Part shown: positions 30,925 to 39,736 of the stretch, piece after piece
How positions within the stretch are numbered: the first letter of the stretch is position 1
Layout: each line of letters starts with the position of its first letter
Assembly (NCBI GenBank): GCA_020060845.1
Contig: JAGUZK010000017.1
Coordinates: 23,935-87,934 of the forward strand
DNA: 64,000 bases
DNA from: Candidatus Woesebacteria bacterium
GTDB lineage: Bacteria > Patescibacteriota > Microgenomatia > UBA8517
Direction of reading: 5' to 3'
The notes under the pieces: generated by a model
What the model was told of the DNA's origin: nothing
The model's database searches: none
Seen by the model: only the letters and a program-made list of their open reading frames with translations
Translations under genes and position numbers: made by a program

Positions 30925-31770
30925 CTAATAACCAGATTTTTTAGATGGAAAGACAATTCTTTTAATTTTTTTCAAGGGGGTTTCAAGGCCAGCCCTAAGA
31001 AGATACTGCCAATCAGCTCTTTCCCAGATATCTTTAACCACAGGAGGCTTGGGTCTAAAAAAAACCTCTGGATAATAAAAATCTCTAGGGAACTCTCTAC
31101 CCAGCTCGTACTTAATTTTTATTTTTCTTTTTGGAACTTTTAAGTCCTCGTCTCTACTGCTAGAACGTGGCATAAAAGTAAAGTGCAAATAAGAGTAATT
31201 TTGAGCCCAAAACCTTTTGCTAGGGTCGCGGTTTTGGATTAACAAGCCCGCGCCATCTACTAGACCCTGCTGTCCGTGTGGTTTTTCAAAATGGAGTCCA
31301 GGAATTTTTCTGTTGATCGCACGAATCGTCAAATGACCAACTTTTCCATCAATCTTGTACCTGCCGGCATTCTCCTCTTGATAGTGGTATACATCACCAA
31401 CTACGTTATAGTACCTACTGACAACCGTCTCAAGACTATCCCCCTTTTCCTCGATTAACCTTCTTACTTCACCAATCGAACTATCCCACCAAACCTCATC
31501 ACCATCTACAATAATAAACCAGTCAGATTTTGTTTTATCAAGCATCCTCTGCCTAACTTGAGTAAAACCATCTACATCTATCTCACCAACTTCTTCAAAT
31601 TCAATTTTATCTGGGTATTTTTTTCGGAGCTCTTCAACCACCAAAAGCGTATTGTCACCGCTTCCTGTGTCCCAAAGCATAACTTTGTCCACATAATCAG
31701 CCACACTACTAACAGCAAACCACAAATACTTCTCTTCATTTCTGACTAAAGTGTGGGCCCAAACCTTCAT
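30925..31770 (-). CDS. GT-A fold glycosyltransferase (GT2-like, Glyco_tranf_2_4-like)
   Basis: AHTLVRNEEKYL, WDTGSGDNT, and IIVDGDEVW (DxD-like). No TM helices. Confidence 0.5.
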   Translation of the reverse strand: MKVWAHTLVRNEEKYLWFAVSSVADYVDKVMLWDTGSGDNTLLVVEELRKKYPDKIEFEEVGEIDVDGFTQVRQRMLDKTKSDWFIIVDGDEVWWDSSIGEVRRLIEEKGDSLETVVSRYYNVVGDVYHYQEENAGRYKIDGKVGHLTIRAINRKIPGLHFEKPHGQQGLVDGAGLLIQNRDPSKRFWAQNYSYLHFTFMPRSSSRDEDLKVPKRKIKIKYELGREFPRDFYYPEVFFRPKPPVVKDIWERADWQYLLRAGLETPLKKIKRIVFPSKKSGY

Positions 31771-33068
31771 TGTTTAACTGCTAAGGGTTCATAACGCTTA
31801 ACTTTTAACAAGAACCAACCAAGTGGAATAATAAAGTTTAAGACCTGTCCTAGTAAAACAGATACTGCAGCACCAGCTGCTCCGAAAGATCCAATCAGTA
31901 TCCAAGCCGAGCAAGAGACAACCGCAAGGTGTACTAGTGATAACCAGAAAAATAGAGATGGTCTGGAAAAATAATAAAAAATAGACATATGAAGTGGCAC
32001 TGAAATGAGAAAGATAAGCATTGCAAAGATTAAAATAACAAACACTGGTGTTACACTTACATATTCACTTCCCAAAAGCAAAGGGGCAATAAAGACAACA
32101 ATCGGCATAGACAAAATTCCCAGACCGGCAAGGCTCAAGACAAATACTTGCACTTTCTTAAAGTAGGTTAAAAGCTCCTTTAGGCTTCCCGTAGCTGCCA
32201 TCTTCGGCGCAACAACGGTATTAATAGCAACAACCAGCTGAGGTATAATTTGTACAATCTGGTTTGCTGCAGCATAAATTCCAAGATCAGAGCTACTTAG
32301 CAATCTCCCAGAGATAAAAGTGTCCACTCTTGCTCCGAACGCAGCCACCAATGAAAAAAGGGCAACCCATTTGTTATAGTGAAAAAACTCTCTCGCAACA
32401 CCCAACTCCCCTTTGACCTTAAAAAAATTGGTCTTAATAAAACCAATTCCCAGAAAAAAACCAAGAAGAGGCATTGCAACATATACCAGCAAATTTGAAG
32501 AGATATCAAGCATTCCAAGCCAAAAGAGTATCAAAAGTAAAATTAATCGCACCGCATTTGTGCCCACTTGAATTCCACTCCATATCCAAAACTTTTGCAA
32601 AGACTGAAGGGAGCTAATGATAAATGAAAAGAGCAATGCCGATCCAACCCCAATAAATGCAATCTTTAAATACTCCTCAATTTCTGGTTTTAGAAAAATC
32701 CTATCTGCAATATAGGGTGAAAGCCAAAGTCCTAAAAGAAGAGATGCAACTGTCAGAACAATTTTTACTTCCAGCCCCAATTTTAGAAACCTATATGCTT
32801 TTGTCTTATCTTTGCCTATATAAGCAGAAACGAACCTAACTAGTCCTGTATTTGTTCCCAAATCAGCAATATCACCAACCAAAGTAAGAGTTGATATTGA
32901 AAGCATCATAATTCCATAAGCAGAGGGTCCAAGAAAGCGGGCAGAAAGAATATAGAAAGCAGCACCCAACGCTCCGTTTATAAAAGTCCCACTAAACGTA
33001 ACGGCAGACTGCCTTAGGGTCTGGGTTTTAACAATCTCTTTTATGAACTTTGGAAAATTTATTTTCAC
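31767..33068 (-). CDS. Wzx-like oligosaccharide flippase (MOP/polysaccharide transporter superfamily)
   Basis: 433 aa with about 12-14 TM helices. The N-terminal region (LRQSAVTFSGTFINGALGAAFYILSARFLGPSAYGI) is typical of Wzx/RfbX flippases. Confidence 0.6.
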   Translation of the reverse strand: MKINFPKFIKEIVKTQTLRQSAVTFSGTFINGALGAAFYILSARFLGPSAYGIMMLSISTLTLVGDIADLGTNTGLVRFVSAYIGKDKTKAYRFLKLGLEVKIVLTVASLLLGLWLSPYIADRIFLKPEIEEYLKIAFIGVGSALLFSFIISSLQSLQKFWIWSGIQVGTNAVRLILLLILFWLGMLDISSNLLVYVAMPLLGFFLGIGFIKTNFFKVKGELGVAREFFHYNKWVALFSLVAAFGARVDTFISGRLLSSSDLGIYAAANQIVQIIPQLVVAINTVVAPKMAATGSLKELLTYFKKVQVFVLSLAGLGILSMPIVVFIAPLLLGSEYVSVTPVFVILIFAMLIFLISVPLHMSIFYYFSRPSLFFWLSLVHLAVVSCSAWILIGSFGAAGAAVSVLLGQVLNFIIPLGWFLLKVKRYEPLAVKQ

Positions 33069-35887
33069 TACTTAAAGATTATACTAGGTTTTTTGATTCT
33101 CTTTCTTCTAACAACAAGGAAAAGAAGAATTATCAGCAAGGCTACCGATACCAACATGCCGGGTAAAATATACTTTTGAGCAGAGAAGTAAACATCGTAT
33201 TCTCCGTTGCTCTCAATATAAAATCCATTTATAAGGCTGTACAACGGGAACGATGACAAACCATTCGCTTGCCATAAAGTGTCAAAACTCTCAGAAAAAG
33301 CCAGGGTGGTGGGCCTTTCCAAACCCTCAATTTTGACTTTATAATGCGTTGGGGAAATCCTTTTATATTCCACTCTTGCTTTATCTATCGAACTGAACAA
33401 TCCCTCCCTCTCCTCCATGGAAAGTTTATTCCACTCTACTGTTTGGTAGTTGCCCGCAACTCTCTCCATTTCCAGCCATTTATTCTTGGGTATAACAGCC
33501 AACGCATTGACTATATTTATATCTCCAGACGTCTTTATCGTGAGGTGTTTGCTGCTTGCCAACCCTCCAACCTCAAACCAGGCAAAATCCGCCTTGTCAA
33601 AAACCGTAACCCTATCTGGAATATCTTTATAGCCAGTTAGCTTAATGACTACCTTTTCAGGTTTTTCGATTTTTGTGTCGATTTGTCCAATTTTTCTATC
33701 CTCTTGGAAAAATTCAATCCTACCACTCCTACCACTTCTCATCACCCTGGCAAGCAAAATATTTTCGACTCCTGAATTCTTAATTTCTACCTCTAATTTT
33801 TGGGTTCCTTCAGCAATTGCCCATCCGCCCCCATAATCAAAATCCAGGTTGTCAATTCTATACTTTTGCTGCAAAAAATCCCTCATCCACAAAAAATCAA
33901 AAGTTTCCCTTTTCCACCAGCCAACTTGCTCTGATCTCGTCAAAGGGTTAGGATCAAAATCCAGATATTGAGCAGGGAAAATGAATCTACTTTTATCAAT
34001 AAAAGTGGCCGCGAAATCTATCTGACCTTTACCGTACAAAACTACTCTGCAAAAACTATCTTTGCAAACATCCCCTATGCCGGGTTTTTCCTCCGCAAAG
34101 ACTAAGCCGTTTTCAGCTAATTTAAACCCCTTAACCTTAATAAGTTCGTTATATATCCCGTCAGAGCCAACTATTAAAAAAGTATTTCCGGTCAAGAAGA
34201 AATGGTCTTGAGAATTCTTGACCTTAAGCAAGGGGACAGGTGCTTTACTCAAACGAGCTTCAATCCAAGGAAGATTTGTAATCTGGTCCAAAAAGCTAAA
34301 GTAATAATCAATATTATCTTGTTTTAATTCCTCCCTTCTCGTATCAGGATAGGGGTAAGCTATATATTTTATCCCTGCCACATCAAAGATCTCTCCCATA
34401 AAGGGGGCTTCTCTTAAAAAGTTAAATACTTCATAAGATCCAACAGTCCCACTTGCAAAGGGTCTTTTTTGGTAAAATCGGGACGCCTCGAGAGATGGAT
34501 GCGTCGGAGATGAAAAACCAAGAGGTGCTTTGGTTGGAATCCAAAAAACTCTACCGAAACCAGAATCATTTTCAATGGTCTTATTCACCCTTTGAAATTC
34601 TTCTTGATAAACAGGCTGAGAAAAAGTACCGGTCATTTTACCTAGCCAAACAGGACGGGCGAGAAGTAAGAAGTAAGAAGTAAGAAGTAATACAAAAAAT
34701 CTAGGATTTAAAATATATGATTTAAGAAAACCCGATTTAAACTTTCCCGAAAAGCTCTCAATTACATCCCCTATTTTATCGACACTAAAGCCAACTAAAA
34801 CTGAATAAGACAGCGCAACTAAAAAGAAAAATTTTGTAGGATCACGAAAAAGTGAAAATCCCGGAATATGGGTAAAAAGCCAAGGATAAACCCCAGGGAG
34901 CGGCGGGTTTGACCCCTTAACCAAAAACACCCCAACTAAAGCAACTAATAGCCAAAAACCAATCTCTTTTTCCTTCTTCCGTAAAATCGGAGCTAAAAAG
35001 ACCAATATAGGAATCAAAACAAATTCCGGCAGGATTGGTGTAACTTTACCAAAAACATTTTTATACCAATGTGGCTGAAGCATAAAAAGAGAGTGTCCAA
35101 GAGTCGCAAATGAAAGAAAAGAGGTTTGAGTTACCCTTTGATAGGTTGCGGGAAGTGTGGGAGCTTTAATCAAAACCGCCGGCAAAATCCAATAAAAATT
35201 CAACCCTAGAAAAACAAAAATTATTACAATCCCAGTTTTGAACCAGTCTAAAAAGTATCTAAAGAATCTTCCTCCCTCCAAAAAAATAACTTCATAAATA
35301 AATTTCAAAAAAAGAAGAATACCCAATACATAGATAAATCTAATATCCGTAAAAACAAGGAAAGATACTAAAATCCCAGACACTAATTTTTCCCTTAACC
35401 CAGCCTTTGTGCCTCTTAAAACTAGGGTAAAAACCAAAGGAAAAAGCGCATATGCTAAAGCTATTTGAAACTGTCCCCCATCGATCAACAAAAGGACAAA
35501 GGTATTTGTTAGATAAAAAAGGGAGGCAACAAATTTTGCGTACTTACCAACTTCCAATTCACTTAAAAACTTTCTTATGGAGAAAATCCCAACAGCCAGA
35601 AATAATAAAACTCCCAATATCCTTTCTAAAACCGAAAAACTTATTCCTAAAGTAGCTCCAAGACCATACAAAAAATCAAGAGGCCAGCTCCAAAGAGTAG
35701 AAACCACATATTCTCCAAAGTTATCACCTGTTCTTGACCATGTTTGAGGCAAAGACAAGCCAGTTTTCAAGGATTCTTGAGGAGTAAGGGGAAAATCATT
35801 CGCGACCCTTAATCCAAAGCCTAAAAGGCCTCTAAAAATAAATAAAATCAGTACAACCAAAATTATTAAATCAATTCCTTTTCTCAT
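33068..35887 (-). CDS. Giant polytopic membrane protein: N-terminal GT-C-like domain (about 13 TM) plus about 450-aa extracytoplasmic C-terminal domain and a C-terminal TM anchor
   Basis: 939 aa. Hydrophobic N-terminal half, a soluble beta-rich-looking middle to C-terminus, and a final TM helix (LPGMLVSVALLIILLFLVV). Contains a perfect (agaagta)x4 repeat at 34661-34688 encoding part of a TM helix. Confidence 0.4.
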   Translation of the reverse strand: MRKGIDLIILVVLILFIFRGLLGFGLRVANDFPLTPQESLKTGLSLPQTWSRTGDNFGEYVVSTLWSWPLDFLYGLGATLGISFSVLERILGVLLFLAVGIFSIRKFLSELEVGKYAKFVASLFYLTNTFVLLLIDGGQFQIALAYALFPLVFTLVLRGTKAGLREKLVSGILVSFLVFTDIRFIYVLGILLFLKFIYEVIFLEGGRFFRYFLDWFKTGIVIIFVFLGLNFYWILPAVLIKAPTLPATYQRVTQTSFLSFATLGHSLFMLQPHWYKNVFGKVTPILPEFVLIPILVFLAPILRKKEKEIGFWLLVALVGVFLVKGSNPPLPGVYPWLFTHIPGFSLFRDPTKFFFLVALSYSVLVGFSVDKIGDVIESFSGKFKSGFLKSYILNPRFFVLLLTSYFLLLARPVWLGKMTGTFSQPVYQEEFQRVNKTIENDSGFGRVFWIPTKAPLGFSSPTHPSLEASRFYQKRPFASGTVGSYEVFNFLREAPFMGEIFDVAGIKYIAYPYPDTRREELKQDNIDYYFSFLDQITNLPWIEARLSKAPVPLLKVKNSQDHFFLTGNTFLIVGSDGIYNELIKVKGFKLAENGLVFAEEKPGIGDVCKDSFCRVVLYGKGQIDFAATFIDKSRFIFPAQYLDFDPNPLTRSEQVGWWKRETFDFLWMRDFLQQKYRIDNLDFDYGGGWAIAEGTQKLEVEIKNSGVENILLARVMRSGRSGRIEFFQEDRKIGQIDTKIEKPEKVVIKLTGYKDIPDRVTVFDKADFAWFEVGGLASSKHLTIKTSGDINIVNALAVIPKNKWLEMERVAGNYQTVEWNKLSMEEREGLFSSIDKARVEYKRISPTHYKVKIEGLERPTTLAFSESFDTLWQANGLSSFPLYSLINGFYIESNGEYDVYFSAQKYILPGMLVSVALLIILLFLVVRRKRIKKPSIIFK
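34661..34688. repeat. Perfect heptanucleotide tandem repeat (agaagta)x4 inside the 33068-35887 CDS
   Basis: Read directly: agaagtaagaagtaagaagtaagaagta. 28 bp total, which is not a multiple of 3, so gain or loss of a unit shifts the frame. Currently in-frame, encoding LLLTSYFLLL. Confidence 0.8.
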
Positions 35888-36080
35888 ATCTTATTCCAAA
35901 AATATAAACTATTACAACCAAAGAAAAAGTAAAAAAGATCAGATTTAGCATTTTTAGAGCAATTCCCTGATGGGAGGTTAAAAGAGAAATAAATACTAGC
36001 AATATTGAAAAAATACAAACCAAAAGTAAGAAATTAGCTGAATTAGTCCAAATACTACTTTCTTTCTTGTTGTCTTTCAT
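35871..36080 (-). CDS. Small membrane protein (2 TM)
   Basis: 69 aa with two hydrophobic helices. Overlaps the neighbouring small gene by 26 nt. Coding status uncertain. Confidence 0.3.
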   Translation of the reverse strand: MKDNKKESSIWTNSANFLLLVCIFSILLVFISLLTSHQGIALKMLNLIFFTFSLVVIVYIFGIRYEKRN

Positions 36081-36420
36081 TTCTATATTCTAGCAGGGAA
36101 AGAATAGTTCCAAAAAAGAGAAATAGGAAACTATTTCGAAAAATAAATTCGCTTTGGTTTTTAAGAAAAAACAAAAAAAAGATTACCCCGATAGCAAAAA
36201 GTACAAGTCCGAAGTTTAAAAAGGAATCACTTTTAATTTTATAAAACAGTCTCAAGATCACTAGTCCAACCAACAAAAGCCAATAATAAATACTTTCTAA
36301 ATCCAAGTTCAATTTTAAGGAAAGTGCTAAAATCCAAAAAAGAACAAAAAAAAGAAAAAAAATAGCATAAGAAATAGTAAAAAACTTTTTAAATTTCATA
36401 TTTTTAATCTCTTTTTTCAT
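36055..36420 (-). CDS. Small 4-TM membrane protein, possibly GtrA-like
   Basis: 121 aa with four hydrophobic helices. The size and topology of the GtrA family, which pairs with GtrB-like polyprenyl-phosphate glycosyltransferases. No diagnostic motif verified. Confidence 0.3.
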   Translation of the reverse strand: MKKEIKNMKFKKFFTISYAIFFLFFVLFWILALSLKLNLDLESIYYWLLLVGLVILRLFYKIKSDSFLNFGLVLFAIGVIFFLFFLKNQSEFIFRNSFLFLFFGTILSLLEYRNERQQERK

Positions 36421-39400
36421 ATCTCTTTTTAAACAAAGTCAAAAAAGAGACCGAAATAACACCAAAAACGATTGATGTATAAGATACTTTTAGTCCAATT
36501 TCCAAAATCTCCTGAGGTTTATATTCTATTGTAATTTGGTGATTTCCAGGCTTATCTATAATCCAAGCGTTAGCATAACCGTTTGCCAAAAAGTGTTTTT
36601 CCTCCGGAATTTTCTCTCCATTTTCATAAATTGCCACCCAACCGCTGCTGAAAAGCTCAGAAAAAACCAAGTATTCAGAATTTGAGCTTTCTTTATTTAT
36701 AGATACTTCATATCTGGTAGGATTAAGCTTCTCAAAAGATATATTAGACTGACTATCTTCCTTCTCCAAAGGTCCTTCACTAACCAAAAATTGTAATCTA
36801 TCCAAAACTAGCGATATCCTCAAATTTCTCAAATAAGCCGATAGATTTCCCTCTTTTAGATTGCACTTTCTGAAAATAGATTCACCAATGCAAACCCATT
36901 TTCTTTCTGGCAGTATCTCCACTCTCAAAGTTTTGGCACCAGCAGAAGTGTCAAATATTTTTTCCCAATGTCTCCAACTATGAAAATCACCCTCCTTAGC
37001 AATCGATTCCTTAAAATTTGGATCCTCCTCTCTATCTATATCCTGTCTTGCTCTTAATAAAAACGAACTTCCCTGATCAAATCTGAAATCAAAACTAATC
37101 TTTATCCTAGAAGGGACAGTCGGCAAATAAAAAATCCAAGAAGGCAAGCTTTCATTTTCTATACTAAGACTATCAGTTTGCAATAGAACTGACTTCTCTT
37201 CAATTGATTTTCCAAAAATTATCTCTGTTTCTCCTTTTTGTAGATCAAATGATGATTCTGAATTTTCCTTTTTGCCTTCTAAAATAAACCAATCAACATT
37301 TTCGGGGTGTAACACCCCATACTTTCCGCCCCGGGGTATATTAAACCTTGATAGAGTTAATTTATCACCATGTGGATCTACATTCCTTACCAAATTACCC
37401 GATTCCCGTAGAAGTTCACTTAATTCACCTTTCGTCCTTGAATCCAGCCTCTCAAGTAAAACCAGATTATAAATTAAAAATTCAGAAAATGTTGCCTTTA
37501 AATTTGGGTCTTCAAGAGATTTGAAGATATCATTTCTAAAATCTAAAAAATAGTTCAAGTATTCCTCTTCCGCTTTTCTTACCCTCTCTTGATCATTAAG
37601 TTCCGTCTTTGCACGATATAAAGCAACAAGCCGTTTACCCAAAAGTCCCAATTTGAATACTTGTTTATCAGTGCTACTTTTAATACTTGCCAATTCCAAA
37701 TTTTCCTTCAATTTAGAAAGAGGATAAATAAAATCACCAGGTAAGTATTTAGCATAAAAAAGCCTGCCAACCAATTCGTCATTACTTAGAGAAGAAGCTT
37801 GATAGTAATAGTTGGAAACATCAACTGATATGTAGGGTTTAACGATAATCTTTTCAATGCAGCAAGCGTTATCTATTCTTTTATCATCAATAAATACTAA
37901 TTTTTCATTGGAAGCAACCGATAAAAGCTGATTATGGGCTGGGATATCGTAAAAATTGGTAATCACCGCATTCTTGGCTATATACACCTTGGGTAAAAAA
38001 AACTTATCATCAACCCTATAAACAGTAAGTTTGCCTTCTTCTAGTTCTTTTTTGACAAAACCCTTTTCCTCCCATTCTTTTGCCCTTTCCAACACGGTCT
38101 CTGGATTTGCTACTTTTCTCTCTTTGAAGTTGATATCCGAGCGGACAAGCAAATATTTGGCGTTTAAATACGGAAAAAAGTTAAAAATTTTCTCAGAAAG
38201 CTGATATTTTGAAAGCTCGCTTACTATATCCTGGTAGTATGGGATTGAGGTGTTGAATGAAATATTTGGTGTCTCAAAAAGGGTAGATGAAAGCTCAACC
38301 CCGGAGTATGGTTTTTCCCAAGTATAGGTCATTCCCTCACCTCCAATAGGTAAAGAAACGAACCTAAAATTATTTCCTTGTTTTTTAAACCAATTATTAA
38401 CCTTTTCATAATAATCCGGAACTTTAGCCTCGTAAGACTCAAGTTTTTTGGTAATTGGATCCTGTCTCGTAAAAACAAGTCCGGTCCAAAAAGGAAATCC
38501 AAGAAAAACAAAAACATAAAAAAATGTAAAGCCCACAAAAAATCTTCTTAACTTTTCTTTTTTTATCGCTTTTGAAAATTTGCTGACCCCTAAAGCAAAA
38601 AGAGGCGCTGCTGAAAAAGAAAGCAAAAATCCAAACTTTTCAAAAGGATTTCTAAAGACCTGCAAGACCGTAAATCTTGCAAAAAAGAATTCAAAAATCT
38701 CCCCAAAAGGAGGATTATTACCCTTGACCAAGAAAAGCGAAGTCAAAAACAATATTCCCCAAAATAATATTCCCCAACTTTTTTTAAACTTCAGGATGGA
38801 CCAAAATATTAAAATGCTTGCAAAAAATCCTAAAACAGAGACTAAAGGAAAATTGTAAATTCCGGCCCAGGAAAGAGTATTTACACTAAAAAAAGTGCCG
38901 TGCTGTAATCTAACAGCATCGTAAAATTTCCCGAGTAGTTGACTCAAAGTGGCTAAATTCGCAAGATTTCCTTCAGTTGTAAAAAAATCACTCACCGCTT
39001 TGCTCGCCACAGACGAACCGGTATAACTTAAAGCTTGTCCTATCCACCAAAAATTAAAAAGAACAAAACTTATTAGAGTTAACGAAAAATACCTTAAGAT
39101 AAACCACAAATCTTTTTTGCTAAATATATAAAACAGGGTTGTGTAAAAAAACAAAAACCAAAGTATCAAGTTAAAAGGAATTGAAGTCAAAGCAAATGAA
39201 AATACTACACTTGATAAAGAAGTCAGAATTGCGAACCTAAAATCTTTATTCTTGAGCCCTTTAATGAATAAAAGTAAAGCCAAGGGTAAGTATGCCCAAA
39301 AAACCATATAGTTATATAAAAACCTATTCCAAACATTGACTAAAGAAATGGGATTAAACCAATAGAAAAGAACACCTAAAAATGTGAATTTATCTTCTAA

Positions 39401-39736
39401 TTTGGGAAAGAATTCTTTTATTAAAAGAAAAACGGAAACTCCAGCAATAAACCATAAAAACCAAAAGAAAGAAGCTTGAATTATATAAGAAGGAATACCC
39501 AAACCCTTAATCTTTGCTAAAAACCAATAAGTTGGTTTTCCCACAACTGTCATCCCTGTTGAATTGCCTAATGCCGGATCCGCCCAAGAATAGTTAGAGA
39601 TGTCAAGATGCCTCTTTATATTGTAAAAAGATACACCAGATTCACCAACTCCTAAAATAGTCTTATCCCTAAACCACCAAAAAACCATTGAGATAGAAAA
39701 CCCAAAAATAAAAAAAATAAAAAATTTACTTCTCAT
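36404..39736 (-). CDS. Giant polytopic membrane protein: N-terminal GT-C-like domain (about 450 aa, many TM) plus about 650-aa extracytoplasmic domain; paralog of 56196-58172
   Basis: 1110 aa. The N-terminus (WWFRDKTILGVGESGVSFYN) shares the W-F-R-D-[KR]-x-I-L-x-x-G-E-x-G-x-x-F-Y motif with the 658-aa protein at 56196-58172. C-terminal TM anchor. Possible remote similarity to the AftD/DUF3367-type arabinofuranosyltransferase N-terminus (low confidence). Confidence 0.4.
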   Translation of the reverse strand: MRSKFFIFFIFGFSISMVFWWFRDKTILGVGESGVSFYNIKRHLDISNYSWADPALGNSTGMTVVGKPTYWFLAKIKGLGIPSYIIQASFFWFLWFIAGVSVFLLIKEFFPKLEDKFTFLGVLFYWFNPISLVNVWNRFLYNYMVFWAYLPLALLLFIKGLKNKDFRFAILTSLSSVVFSFALTSIPFNLILWFLFFYTTLFYIFSKKDLWFILRYFSLTLISFVLFNFWWIGQALSYTGSSVASKAVSDFFTTEGNLANLATLSQLLGKFYDAVRLQHGTFFSVNTLSWAGIYNFPLVSVLGFFASILIFWSILKFKKSWGILFWGILFLTSLFLVKGNNPPFGEIFEFFFARFTVLQVFRNPFEKFGFLLSFSAAPLFALGVSKFSKAIKKEKLRRFFVGFTFFYVFVFLGFPFWTGLVFTRQDPITKKLESYEAKVPDYYEKVNNWFKKQGNNFRFVSLPIGGEGMTYTWEKPYSGVELSSTLFETPNISFNTSIPYYQDIVSELSKYQLSEKIFNFFPYLNAKYLLVRSDINFKERKVANPETVLERAKEWEEKGFVKKELEEGKLTVYRVDDKFFLPKVYIAKNAVITNFYDIPAHNQLLSVASNEKLVFIDDKRIDNACCIEKIIVKPYISVDVSNYYYQASSLSNDELVGRLFYAKYLPGDFIYPLSKLKENLELASIKSSTDKQVFKLGLLGKRLVALYRAKTELNDQERVRKAEEEYLNYFLDFRNDIFKSLEDPNLKATFSEFLIYNLVLLERLDSRTKGELSELLRESGNLVRNVDPHGDKLTLSRFNIPRGGKYGVLHPENVDWFILEGKKENSESSFDLQKGETEIIFGKSIEEKSVLLQTDSLSIENESLPSWIFYLPTVPSRIKISFDFRFDQGSSFLLRARQDIDREEDPNFKESIAKEGDFHSWRHWEKIFDTSAGAKTLRVEILPERKWVCIGESIFRKCNLKEGNLSAYLRNLRISLVLDRLQFLVSEGPLEKEDSQSNISFEKLNPTRYEVSINKESSNSEYLVFSELFSSGWVAIYENGEKIPEEKHFLANGYANAWIIDKPGNHQITIEYKPQEILEIGLKVSYTSIVFGVISVSFLTLFKKRYEKRD

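Noticed and set aside
35871-36420. The two small overlapping ORFs as fragments of one frameshifted gene
   Set aside because: They are in different frames with a 26-nt overlap. Each has its own start and complete TM helices, and there is no continuity of sequence features across the junction.
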